From: an uncultured Methanobacteriaceae archaeon
Lineage (GTDB): Archaea; Methanobacteriota; Methanobacteria; Methanobacteriales; Methanobacteriaceae
Length of the DNA: 32,000 bases
Direction of reading: 5' to 3'
Assembly: GCA_947259185.1 (NCBI GenBank)
Contig: CAMYKT010000020.1
Coordinates: 1,007 to 33,006 of the forward strand
In this document: piece after piece, positions 1 through 8,671 of the stretch
Layout of the letters: every line of letters starts with the position of its first letter
How positions within the stretch are numbered: the stretch's first letter is position 1
The notes under the pieces: generated by a model
What the model saw: the letters and a program-made list of their open reading frames with translations, nothing else
Told to the model about the DNA's origin: nothing
Databases searched by the model: none
Position numbers and translations under genes: made by a program

Positions 1-629
1 GTAGCCCCTTCCATTTCTATTTCAATAAAACTCTTGAAATCGCTCTTAGCCCTTTCTACTATCTCACGGGCCATAGCATGAATATGGGAATGTTTCAAGG
101 GACGGGAACCAATTTTAACCAGCTGTATATTACCCGGGGTACCCTTTTTTGCCATGGGCACCACATTTTCTTTAAGATGCACCGACATGGTTTCCGGATC
201 AAAGTATTTGGTAATTTCCAGTTCCTCATATTCCATAACCTCTGGTCGGATATACACAACATCCAGACCCTGGGCCTTCCCCACTTCGGATTGGACCCGG
301 TCACTGGTTACCAGAACCGCATCCAGATCCCTTGCTGTGCTGCGAATCATAGCATCTATTTCCCCTCCTCGAGACAGAGATATCTCTTCTAAGGTAGGCC
401 GGCGCCCCACAAAGGTTATACTGATAACATGATCTTTATGCAGTTTTTGTAAATTTTTAAGTTCTACCAGACCATTAAATCCAGTTTCTCTTCCACGATT
501 GGCCTGGTATTCCAGTTCAGATACCACTGCTTCAGGTACAATCACTTCACTTCCTCTGAATTCTTCTTCCTGAACGATGCTGGTGATTCGCCCATCCACA
601 ATTACACTGGTATCTGGCACAATTTTCAT
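1..629 (-). CDS. PIN-domain / PilT-like ATPase (COG1855-type), N-terminal ~209 codons; the gene runs off the left window edge
   Basis: My own minus-strand translation from ATG 629-627 gives MKIVPDTSVIVDGRITSIVQEEEFRGSEVIVPEAVVSELEYQANRGRETGF...TSDRVQSEVGKAQGLDVVYIRPE...KKGTPGNIQLVKIGSRPL, open to base 1 with no stop. It is absent from the ORF track because there is no in-window stop. PIN acidic residues are present (PDTS, SELE, TSD). The ATG directly follows the hisI stop (TAAATG). Confidence 0.8.
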   Translation of the reverse strand, partial: MKIVPDTSVIVDGRITSIVQEEEFRGSEVIVPEAVVSELEYQANRGRETGFNGLVELKNLQKLHKDHVISITFVGRRPTLEEISLSRGGEIDAMIRSTARDLDAVLVTSDRVQSEVGKAQGLDVVYIRPEVMEYEELEITKYFDPETMSVHLKENVVPMAKKGTPGNIQLVKIGSRPLKHSHIHAMAREIVERAKSDFKSFIEIEMEGA

Positions 630-929
630 TTAACTCTCCCCATATATTTTTTCAGGCTCAAAAACTTTTTTGCCAATGGTTTTTAAATCATCTGAATCCA
701 ATTTTCTGTAAAAACAGGAGTAATAACCGGTATGGCAGGCCCCACCTTTTTGTTCTACCTTTAAAACCACCGCGTCCTCATCACAGTCTACCAAAACTTC
801 ATGTACTATTTGCACATGCCCTGAACTTTCACCTTTTAGCCACAACTTTTCCCGAGAAGTACTCCAGTAATGAGCTTTTTTTGTTTTTAAAGTTTTTTCA
901 AGGGCTTCTTTATTCATGTAAGCAACCAT
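630..929 (-). CDS. hisI: Phosphoribosyl-AMP cyclohydrolase (HisI); the true 5' end probably lies upstream of 929
   Basis: AYMNKEALEKTL, HYWSTSREKLWLKGESSGH and DCDEDAVVLKVEQKGGACHTGYYSCFY are classic PRA-CH motifs. The in-frame upstream sequence (INGQNLIIAISQDIKTSQVL) continues the conserved HisI N-terminus but contains no ATG/GTG/TTG. Confidence 0.9.
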   Translation of the reverse strand: MVAYMNKEALEKTLKTKKAHYWSTSREKLWLKGESSGHVQIVHEVLVDCDEDAVVLKVEQKGGACHTGYYSCFYRKLDSDDLKTIGKKVFEPEKIYGES

Positions 930-1133
930 GAGTACCTGGGATGTTTTTATGTCCTGGGATATGGCTATTATTAAATTCTGGCCATTGATTTTGTGCTTGA
1001 AATTTAATGAAATCTTAACATCTCCTGTGTATATAATAATATGACTGTTATTAACATAAAAATTTATATTAAAACCGGGTTCTTTTAGATAAATGGTATT
1101 TTAAGTGAAAATAAAAGGATATTAAAACCTGGT

Positions 1134-2414
1134 TCAGGATTTAATATACTCCAATAATTCTTTTTCATTAACCAGTTCTTGACTTCCAGTTTGCATGTCT
1201 TTTATAGTTAATTTTCCTTCTTCAAGGTCTCTTTCACCTACCAGGACCACTTTTTTAACCCCTAGATTATCGGCATAGGATAGTAATTTTTTAAGTTTCC
1301 TCCTTCCCAGGTCCACTTCCGTGGCTATACCATGATACCGTAATTTCTGGGCGATTTCAAATGCAGCTCCCCTGGTTTTAGGGCTTATTGGTGCTACAAA
1401 TACTTCTGCAGCAACTTTAAGATTTAAATCTTTCTTTTGTGATATTAAAGCAGCCATCAAGCGGTCAAATCCAAAGGCGAAACCAGTTGATTCAACTTTT
1501 TCCCCACCAAAGGTCTCCACCAGGTTATAGGTCCCACCTCCACAAATCTGCTTCTGGGCCCCCAGGGAGGGTACATATATCTCAAATACCATTCCAGAGT
1601 AGTAGTCCAGACCCCGGGCAATACCCAGATTAAGTACATAGTCATCCATCTGGAACATGGCAAGAGTTTCCACTAATTCTTTCAACTCAAATAAGGCTTC
1701 TAGTGCTTTATTTCTACCTTTTAATAATTCTTTTACTTCATCTAGTACTTTAGATGTTCCTTTCATTTCTATTATCTTATAAAGGATTTTTTGAGTGTCT
1801 GGCTCAATTTCTGATTCATCTAAAAATTCTTGAAGTAATTTTGGGTCTCCCTTATCAATAAGTCCCATAATATGGTCCTGGGTTTTTCCGGGGATATTTT
1901 CTTCATCCAGTATCCCTCTTAATATTCCCAGATGTCCCAGGTGTATTTCAAAACCGTCTAATTCTAGTTCCTTAAGAGAATGGGAAGCCATAGCTATTAT
2001 TTCAGCATCTGCTTCAGGTGATTTTCCTCCAATCATTTCACAACCAAATTGCCAGAATTGCCGGAATCTCCCGGCCTGTGGCCTTTCATACCTGAAACAG
2101 CTCCCATAATAATACATTTTTATTGGTTTGGGACTTTTTTGCATTTGAGCCATATACAAACGTGCCACCGGTGCAGTTAATTCGGGTCTAAGGGCCAGTT
2201 TTCTTTCACCTTTATCTTCAAAATTATAGAGCTGGTCTACAATTTCATCCCCTGATTTCTGGGTAAATAAAGATAAATTCTCAAAAATCGGGGTTTTAAT
2301 TTCCTGATAAGCGTAATTTTCAAATATCCTTTTTAAGGTGCTGGCCACCACTTTGCGCTGTTTCATTTCTTCAAAGAGGAAGTCTCTAGTTCCTCGAGGT
2401 CTTGATAGTTCCAT
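1134..2414 (-). CDS. hisS: Histidine--tRNA ligase (class II aaRS)
   Basis: 426 aa. [17 protein letters not shown], motif 2 [19 protein letters not shown], motif 3 region GFAFGFDRL, and a C-terminal anticodon-binding domain. Confidence 0.95.
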   Translation of the reverse strand: MELSRPRGTRDFLFEEMKQRKVVASTLKRIFENYAYQEIKTPIFENLSLFTQKSGDEIVDQLYNFEDKGERKLALRPELTAPVARLYMAQMQKSPKPIKMYYYGSCFRYERPQAGRFRQFWQFGCEMIGGKSPEADAEIIAMASHSLKELELDGFEIHLGHLGILRGILDEENIPGKTQDHIMGLIDKGDPKLLQEFLDESEIEPDTQKILYKIIEMKGTSKVLDEVKELLKGRNKALEALFELKELVETLAMFQMDDYVLNLGIARGLDYYSGMVFEIYVPSLGAQKQICGGGTYNLVETFGGEKVESTGFAFGFDRLMAALISQKKDLNLKVAAEVFVAPISPKTRGAAFEIAQKLRYHGIATEVDLGRRKLKKLLSYADNLGVKKVVLVGERDLEEGKLTIKDMQTGSQELVNEKELLEYIKS

Positions 2415-2440
2415 TCTATTGCTCCCGCAGGGTTTGATTA

Positions 2441-2498
2441 TTAAAAATTAATTTGCATACCTATTTATATTAAAATTAATTTGTATTCTATTTTTATA
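2441..2498. repeat. Imperfect tandem duplication of a 29-bp AT-rich unit in the hisS upstream region
   Basis: Unit A at 2441-2469 (ttaaaaattaatttgcatacctatttata) and unit B at 2470-2498 (ttaaaattaatttgtattctatttttata) are roughly 80% identical. On the hisS strand each carries a TATA-like TATAAATA/TATAAAAATA element, 27-84 nt upstream of the ATG at 2414. Confidence 0.45.
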
Positions 2499-2751
2499 TC
2501 TGGATTTTATTTACTTCTTCTTGGATATTCTACATTCTGGAGGTATTAATACGATTTTTATAGAGTTATTTCTCATTAATCAAAATGACATATTTCCTTA
2601 ATTTATTCAGTAAAGTATTAATTTTAAAAAAAATTTACTTATAATTAGATTTAACTTCAATATTAATTTATAATAGGCTGTGGGTTATTATTTTTTTCGA
2701 TTCTATTACCCGATAAAAATCATTTAAAACCATAATTTTAATATTTTAAGT

Positions 2752-3423
2752 TTATTCATAGTATTTAAGATATTCCTGGAGCATCTGAGGAAATGACTTG
2801 GCATGTAAAAATCTCAAGCCCAGCCGTTCTGCCCAGACTTTGATACCCTCATCAGCAGCCACCACACCTGCTCCTAATTCTTTGGCCAGTAAAAGCACAT
2901 CCAGATCAGGGGCACTGTCCAGGGTTCCTTTCCTTAAGGCGGCCCGATATTTTTTTCTAAAATCTTTTATGGCTTTTCCTATGATTTCCATTTCAATTTT
3001 ATTTTTCTCTTCTCCCCGGGACATCATAACCATAGACTCCACTGCGGCCTGCCACATGGCACTCTCTGATATTTTCATACCTTTATTCATCCGCTCCCGC
3101 ATGTCCTGCACATATTCAAAGAATATCTCTGAAGGAATCTGAGTATCATATCTATTAGGGGTTTTTTTAACAATCCATGTTTCTGCTTTTATCATTATAT
3201 CCTCAGGGCACTCATAACGAGCCATATAATCTGAGAATTCTTTATAAGTTACCGGCGGCATATGGCAACTTATATTCAGTTTAATCCGGGAACGGGCAAT
3301 TAAGTCAATCAGGTAATTTACCGATTGGTTAAGTTCTCCATCACCTAAATCATCCCTCAACTGGTTATCAGTAAAAGCAGTAGTATCCAGAACAAACCTT
3401 TGCTTGGCAAACATTTTATACAT
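2752..3423 (-). CDS. HARP-type protein-only RNase P homologue (UPF0278 PIN-like family)
   Basis: 223 aa. N-terminal FVLDTTAF (PIN aspartate), MPPVTYKEF, and the C-terminal block FRKKYRAALRKGTLDSAPDLDVLLLAKELGAGVVAADEGIKVWAERLG, which matches my recollection of the UPF0278/HARP consensus. Confidence 0.7.
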   Translation of the reverse strand: MYKMFAKQRFVLDTTAFTDNQLRDDLGDGELNQSVNYLIDLIARSRIKLNISCHMPPVTYKEFSDYMARYECPEDIMIKAETWIVKKTPNRYDTQIPSEIFFEYVQDMRERMNKGMKISESAMWQAAVESMVMMSRGEEKNKIEMEIIGKAIKDFRKKYRAALRKGTLDSAPDLDVLLLAKELGAGVVAADEGIKVWAERLGLRFLHAKSFPQMLQEYLKYYE

Positions 3424-3709
3424 CTCCCTAACCCCTGAATCGCATATTAAAATAATCGATTATTAAATACACTCCACTTAAATTAGAAATTTATAAATTC
3501 CTTTTTTTATAAGGTGATAATATAATAACTTTTATCTTGAAATATACTAATATAATTATGGTTAAAAATTTACCGGGATAGTCTAAACAAAAGAAACAAT
3601 TCCCACTAAAGATTAAATTAATCCCGCCACCACCGGGAAAATCTGGAAAAATTTATATTAACTTTGTGGGAGTTGAAACAATGGTTTTAGTTATTTAAAA
3701 ATACTTTTT

Positions 3710-3768
3710 CCAGTTATTTAAGGTGGATAATGATTTACCAGTTATTATGTAAGGTGAAAAATTGATTA
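3710..3768 (+). promoter_or_regulatory. Tandemly duplicated Shine-Dalgarno plus start region upstream of aroE. It creates an 11-codon uORF (3730..3765) whose TGA overlaps the aroE TTG start.
   Basis: Copy 1 is ccagttatttAAGGTGGataATGattta (3710-3737). Copy 2 is ccagttattatgtAAGGTGAaaaaTTGatta (3738-3768). The uORF reads ATG ATT TAC CAG TTA TTA TGT AAG GTG AAA AAT TGA, and the aroE TTG sits at 3762-3764. Confidence 0.4.
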
Positions 3769-4604
3769 CAGGAAATACTAAGATAATAGGGCTTTTTGGA
3801 GATCCGGTAGGTCACAGTCTTTCTCCAGCCATGCATAATGCTGCTTTTAATTATGAAAAAATGGATTATGTATATGTGCCCTTTAATGTAAAGCCTGAAT
3901 ATTTAAAAAAGGCCACCGAAGGTGCTTCTGCTTTAAATATCCGAGGATATAATGTCACCATCCCTCATAAAACCAGAATAATAGACTACCTCCCGGAGGT
4001 GGACCCTACTGCTGCTTTAATTGGAGCAGTTAACACAGTGAAAATCCAGGACGGTGTAAGTAAGGGGTATAATACTGATGGTGTAGGGGCCATTAAGGCT
4101 ATTGAAGAAATAACTTCAATTTCTAATAAAAAAGTGATTATACTGGGCGCTGGTGGAGCCAGCAGGGCGGTTTCATTCCAGCTACTATCTTCCTATGAGG
4201 TGGAGTTACTGATACTAAACCGGACTCCGGAAAAAGCATTTGAACTTAAAAGTGACCTGGAGAGTAATCTAAAAACCACTTTATCTGCCGGGGGTTTTGA
4301 ACTACTACGTGAGGAAATAGAATCAGCAGATATTTTAATTAATACCACCCCCAGGGGTATGCATCCCCATGAAGATGATGAACCTTTTTTAAAGGCCAGA
4401 GACATTCCTTCTCATGTGGTGGTAAATGATCTGGTATACAATCCCCTGGAAACAGGACTTATAAAAGAGGCCACTAAGGCCGGTGCTACCACCATTTCTG
4501 GATTAAAGATGTTGCTTTATCAGGGAGTAGAAGCATTCAAGATATGGACTAACCAGGAACCACCGGTGTATATTATGGAAAAAGCGTTATATGATTTTTT
4601 TTAA
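3762..4604 (+). CDS. aroE: Shikimate 5-dehydrogenase
   Basis: 280 aa. GDPVGHSLSPAMHNAAF, NVTIPHK, NTDGVG, Rossmann GAGGASRAV, and VYNPLET. TTG start preceded by AAGGTGA. Confidence 0.92.
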   Translation: MITGNTKIIGLFGDPVGHSLSPAMHNAAFNYEKMDYVYVPFNVKPEYLKKATEGASALNIRGYNVTIPHKTRIIDYLPEVDPTAALIGAVNTVKIQDGVSKGYNTDGVGAIKAIEEITSISNKKVIILGAGGASRAVSFQLLSSYEVELLILNRTPEKAFELKSDLESNLKTTLSAGGFELLREEIESADILINTTPRGMHPHEDDEPFLKARDIPSHVVVNDLVYNPLETGLIKEATKAGATTISGLKMLLYQGVEAFKIWTNQEPPVYIMEKALYDFF

Positions 4605-4632
4605 ATAATTAAAAATAAGGATACCCTCAAAA

Positions 4633-4641
4633 TTTTTTTTT
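4633..4641 (+). terminator. Oligo-T (T9) tract, candidate archaeal terminator for aroE
   Basis: A run of nine T residues lies 29 nt after the aroE stop, in the 38-nt gap between convergent aroE and the GNAT gene. Archaeal RNAP terminates at oligo-T. Confidence 0.35.
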
Positions 4642-4642
4642 A

Positions 4643-5104
4643 TCACAGATACATCTTCATCCGGATCATATCTCTACAGAGAATACCATTTTCATAAAAC
4701 TCTTCATGATGTTTAATAAAAAAATCAGGATCTACTCCTACAATCCGGAAACCACATTTTTGGTATAATGTTATTTGCTTTATGCCGCAGTTTCCTGTTC
4801 CGATGGCAAGGATTTCATTTTTCCCGGCCCGGGCCATATTGATAACAAATTTTATCAGTTGTTTACCAATTCCTTTATTCTGAAATTCTTCCTTTACAGC
4901 TATGTTCACAATTTCCAGAGTTTTTGGCCGGGTATTAATTATAACAACGATTCCCACAACCTCTTCACTAATTTTTGCCACATATTTATGGCCACGACCT
5001 ATATAATCATTCAACATATCCGGGGAAGAATCTCCCAGTAACAACAACTCATAAATATCCTTATCTACCTGGTCAATTTCTTCAATCACTATTTTAATTG
5101 TCAT
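4643..5104 (-). CDS. GNAT-family N-acetyltransferase
   Basis: 153 aa. Acetyl-CoA binding motif A is present in VKEEFQNKGIGKQLIKFVINMA (Q/RxxGxG/A), and the length is typical of GNAT proteins. Confidence 0.8.
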   Translation of the reverse strand: MTIKIVIEEIDQVDKDIYELLLLGDSSPDMLNDYIGRGHKYVAKISEEVVGIVVIINTRPKTLEIVNIAVKEEFQNKGIGKQLIKFVINMARAGKNEILAIGTGNCGIKQITLYQKCGFRIVGVDPDFFIKHHEEFYENGILCRDMIRMKMYL

Positions 5105-5186
5105 TTGATAATAATTCTGGTTATAACCATATAAAACTAACCAATTTAGTAAGATAGTAATAAAATATGGTCTATAATTTTTAGCA

Positions 5187-5903
5187 TCATCCTGATTTAT
5201 TTCTACTTTTTATATTTGCTATGGCTTTTTTAAGAGCAATCTCAAATTCATAAGACTCTCCTTTTGAACTATTCAATGCTTCTTCCAGATAGGCAATGGT
5301 GTTCTTATCACCAATTTTTCCCAGGGCATGGGTAGCATTTACCCGGACAAGATAACTATCATCCTGCAGGGATCTTAAAAGTGATTTTATGGCCACATCA
5401 TCACCGATTTTACCCAGAGAAGTTACAGTACAGGCTCGAAGAAGAAAATCATCTTCACCCAGGATTTCACTCAGATGTTCAGATGCTTTTATATCTCCCA
5501 GATTTCCTAGTGCCCCTACCATTTCACATTTAACATTTAAGGAGCCATCTTTTAATGCTTTAATTATGGGAATAACGGCTCTCTTATCACCAATAGCTCC
5601 TAATGCCAGAGCAGCATTTTCACGTACATGCCAGTATTCATCATTTAATAATTTAATTAATGCCGGGACTGCTTCCGGATTTCCAATTCTCCCTAAAGAT
5701 AGTGCGGCTGCTTTACGTATAGGCCAGTAGTCATCATCCAGACAATTGATTAAATCATCCACGGAATTATCAGCACGAATATCCCCCAGTATATAAGCCA
5801 CCTTTTCACGTATTTTTTTATCTGCACTGGTTTTCAAGGTAGTTATAAGGCCGGCAGTGTCCTGGTATTTTTTCATTTTTTCTAAATCATTCCGGGAAAT
5901 CAT
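5187..5903 (-). CDS. HEAT-repeat (PBS-lyase HEAT-like) protein
   Basis: 238 aa with six to seven repeats of about 31 aa, of the form xxVRxxAAxALGxIGDxxAVxxLIxxLxD. Confidence 0.8.
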   Translation of the reverse strand: MISRNDLEKMKKYQDTAGLITTLKTSADKKIREKVAYILGDIRADNSVDDLINCLDDDYWPIRKAAALSLGRIGNPEAVPALIKLLNDEYWHVRENAALALGAIGDKRAVIPIIKALKDGSLNVKCEMVGALGNLGDIKASEHLSEILGEDDFLLRACTVTSLGKIGDDVAIKSLLRSLQDDSYLVRVNATHALGKIGDKNTIAYLEEALNSSKGESYEFEIALKKAIANIKSRNKSG

Positions 5904-6201
5904 TATAATAGCCCTTTGTATTAATTATGAATGGGAGATGTACTAATTTATTACCTGTTCTAATTAATAATTGGTTAATTTTCTAAATAATTTTTATTAA
6001 TAAAGTTAATTTAATAAGGTACAATAACAAAATAAAAATACGGTTAAAATCTTTTTAAAAATCAGTTTTTTTAAATAAATACGCATGATTTGCGTCTTAT
6101 TAAGCATATTCTATCCTGGAATATTATTATGCAGGTTAAAATTTTAAAGATTAAAATCATGAGGAATTACTAATAAAATATTTACAAACAATGGTGATTA
6201 C

Positions 6202-7164
6202 ATGAGTGGACCATGGGTGGAAAAGTACAGACCAGCTACACTGGAAGATGTTGTTGGTCAGGATCATATCATAGAAAGGCTCAAAGCATATGTGAAGGAT
6301 GAGAGCATGCCTAATCTCATGTTTACTGGGCCTGCAGGTGTAGGTAAGACTACCACTGCTCTTGCTTTGTCTAAATCAATTTTAGGTGAATACTGGAGAC
6401 AGAACTTCCTGGAACTTAATGCTTCAGATGCCAGGGGTATTGATACCGTGCGGACCAATATCAAAAACTTCTGCCGCTTAAAACCAGTGGGAGCTCCCTT
6501 TAGAATAATATTTTTGGATGAAGTGGATAACATGACCAAAGATGCTCAGCATGCCCTTAGAAGGGAAATGGAAATGTATACTAAGACTTCTTCTTTCATA
6601 CTATCCTGTAATTATTCTTCAAAAATCATAGACCCTATACAGTCTCGCTGTGCCATATTCCGATTTACACCGGTAAAAGGGCACCAAATAATTAAGAGAC
6701 TGGAATATATCGCCCAGGAAGAAGGGCTGGATTATGATCCCGCGGCCATAGAAACCATGGTTTACTTTGCAGAAGGGGACCTGAGAAAGGCTATCAATAT
6801 TCTACAATCCTCTGCTTCAGTGGGGGAAAAAATCACTGAAGACAGTATTTACCAGGTAATCTCTAAAGCCAGACCTAAAGATGTTAAAAAAATGATTATA
6901 AAGGCATTGAATGGGGATTTCATGGGAGCACGTGACTTACTTCGCGAAATCATGGTTTTACAGGGTACCAGTGGGGAGGATATGGTAAATCAGATTTATC
7001 AGGATGTTTCCCGAATGGCCACTGAAGATGAATTAGATGGTCCTTCCTACCTGGAGATAATTGAAGCCATTGCTGAAACTGATTTTAGAATAAGGGAAGG
7101 TGCTAATCCAAGAATACAATTAGAAGCACTTTTAACCAGGTTTTTATACAAGGCCCGGACTTAA
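6202..7164 (+). CDS. rfcS: Replication factor C small subunit
   Basis: 320 aa. PWVEKYRP (RFC box II), Walker [10 protein letters not shown], Walker B LDEVDNMT, and the SRC motif (QSRCAIFRF). No intein. Confidence 0.95.
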   Translation: MSGPWVEKYRPATLEDVVGQDHIIERLKAYVKDESMPNLMFTGPAGVGKTTTALALSKSILGEYWRQNFLELNASDARGIDTVRTNIKNFCRLKPVGAPFRIIFLDEVDNMTKDAQHALRREMEMYTKTSSFILSCNYSSKIIDPIQSRCAIFRFTPVKGHQIIKRLEYIAQEEGLDYDPAAIETMVYFAEGDLRKAINILQSSASVGEKITEDSIYQVISKARPKDVKKMIIKALNGDFMGARDLLREIMVLQGTSGEDMVNQIYQDVSRMATEDELDGPSYLEIIEAIAETDFRIREGANPRIQLEALLTRFLYKART

Positions 7165-7198
7165 GATAATATAATCACTCTTATTTGAGGATAATTAC

Positions 7199-8671
7199 AT
7201 GTTGTGGACGGAAAAATATCGACCCAGAAGCTTTGATCAGGTAGTGGGCAATGCCAAGCAAATTAAAGAGATTAAAGAATGGGTTGATCTATGGATTAAA
7301 GGTGAAAAACAGCAATGCTTATTTTTAGTGGGGCCTCCTGGAACGGGTAAAACGACTTTAGCCCATATAATTGGCAGAGAATTCTCAGATTACGTGGAAT
7401 TAAATGCCAGTGATAAAAGGTCCTATGATATTATTAAAAATACAGTAGGAGAGGCTTCTGCCACCCGATCACTATTTAGCCAGGGCTTGAAATTGATTAT
7501 ACTCGATGAAGTGGATGGTATACATGGAACTGATGATCGGGGAGGTAGCCGGGCCATTAATAAGATAATTAAAGAGGGACATCACCCCCTGATTTTAACA
7601 GCTAATGATCTCTACAGCAAGCGTATAAAATCATTTAAATCTAAATGTAAGGTTATTAACATTAAAAAGGTGCACACCAATTCTATTAATGCCCTATTAA
7701 AAAGAATATGTTCCCAGGAAGGGGTCACCTTCGATGATATGGTATTAAAAGAACTGGCTAAAAGATCCAATGGAGATATGCGCTCAGCCATTAATGACTT
7801 AGAAGTCCTGGCCCGGGGCAAGGAAAGTATTGATAAAAGCAATCTGAAGGAGGTAGGGGTGAAGGATAGCCGCTCCAATATCTTTGATTCAGTGCGCCGG
7901 GTATTAAAAAGTAAAAACCTGCCTAAAATCCGGCAGGCCATGTACCTGGATGAGGACCCCACCCTGGTGATGGAGGTTATGGCTGAAAACATCCCCCGGG
8001 AATATGAAAAACCACAGGAAATCCAGCGGGCATATGAAATGATTTCCCTGGCAGATTTGAACTTCGGAAGAGCTCGCTCCAGCCGAAACTACTCTTACTG
8101 GAGATATGCCTCTGATTTTATGGGTATCGGGGTGGCATTATCCAAAAAAGAAACCTACCGAAAGTTTGCCCGCTATACGGGATCCACTTCCTTTGCTCTT
8201 CTGGGTAAAACTCGCTCCAAAAGAGATTTAAGAGACAGGGTGGCAGATAAAATGGCTGAAAAAATGCATATCTCCCGGCAGGTGGCCATATCCCAGTTCC
8301 CCTACCTGACTCTAATATTTGAAAACGATGAGATGGCCTATGAAATTGCCTCCTACCTGGGACTGGAAGATGATGAGGTAAAATTATTCCGGAAGAGAAA
8401 AATAAAAAAACCTCCTAAAAAAAAGACCACTTCTCCTAAAAAAATTGACACTGACAAATTAAAATCAGACGGGATAAATTCTTCTATTTATGCTAAAAAA
8501 TCAAAAAGTAAGCCTAAATCTTCTCCATCACCAGATAAGAAGGTTCCCCCTAAAGATAAACCTCTTAAAAGGAAAAAAATACCTAAAAAGTCCGCTGAGG
8601 AAAATAATAAACCTTCTCCCGATACCAAAGAAAAGGAGAAAGAAAAACAAACTTCTCTATTTCAGTTTTAA
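7199..8671 (+). CDS. rfcL: Replication factor C large subunit, with a 92-aa Lys/Pro/Ser-rich tail and a C-terminal PIP box
   Basis: 490 aa. [17 protein letters not shown] and LDEVDG. The tail spans 8393-8668, and the terminal QTSLFQF is at 8648-8668. Confidence 0.92.
   Translation: MLWTEKYRPRSFDQVVGNAKQIKEIKEWVDLWIKGEKQQCLFLVGPPGTGKTTLAHIIGREFSDYVELNASDKRSYDIIKNTVGEASATRSLFSQGLKLIILDEVDGIHGTDDRGGSRAINKIIKEGHHPLILTANDLYSKRIKSFKSKCKVINIKKVHTNSINALLKRICSQEGVTFDDMVLKELAKRSNGDMRSAINDLEVLARGKESIDKSNLKEVGVKDSRSNIFDSVRRVLKSKNLPKIRQAMYLDEDPTLVMEVMAENIPREYEKPQEIQRAYEMISLADLNFGRARSSRNYSYWRYASDFMGIGVALSKKETYRKFARYTGSTSFALLGKTRSKRDLRDRVADKMAEKMHISRQVAISQFPYLTLIFENDEMAYEIASYLGLEDDEVKLFRKRKIKKPPKKKTTSPKKIDTDKLKSDGINSSIYAKKSKSKPKSSPSPDKKVPPKDKPLKRKKIPKKSAEENNKPSPDTKEKEKEKQTSLFQF

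Noticed and set aside
78-432. Track ORFs 78..392 (+), 154..432 (+) and 95..304 (-) at the left edge
   Set aside because: All three lie inside the 1..629 minus-strand frame, which is uninterrupted and gives a recognisable PIN-ATPase N-terminus. Their own translations are low-complexity with no motifs, so they are shadow ORFs.
5187-5903. Periodic signal that might have been a DNA-level repeat array
   Set aside because: The periodicity is at the amino-acid level (31-aa HEAT-like repeats). The nucleotide units are too diverged to be a DNA repeat or CRISPR array.
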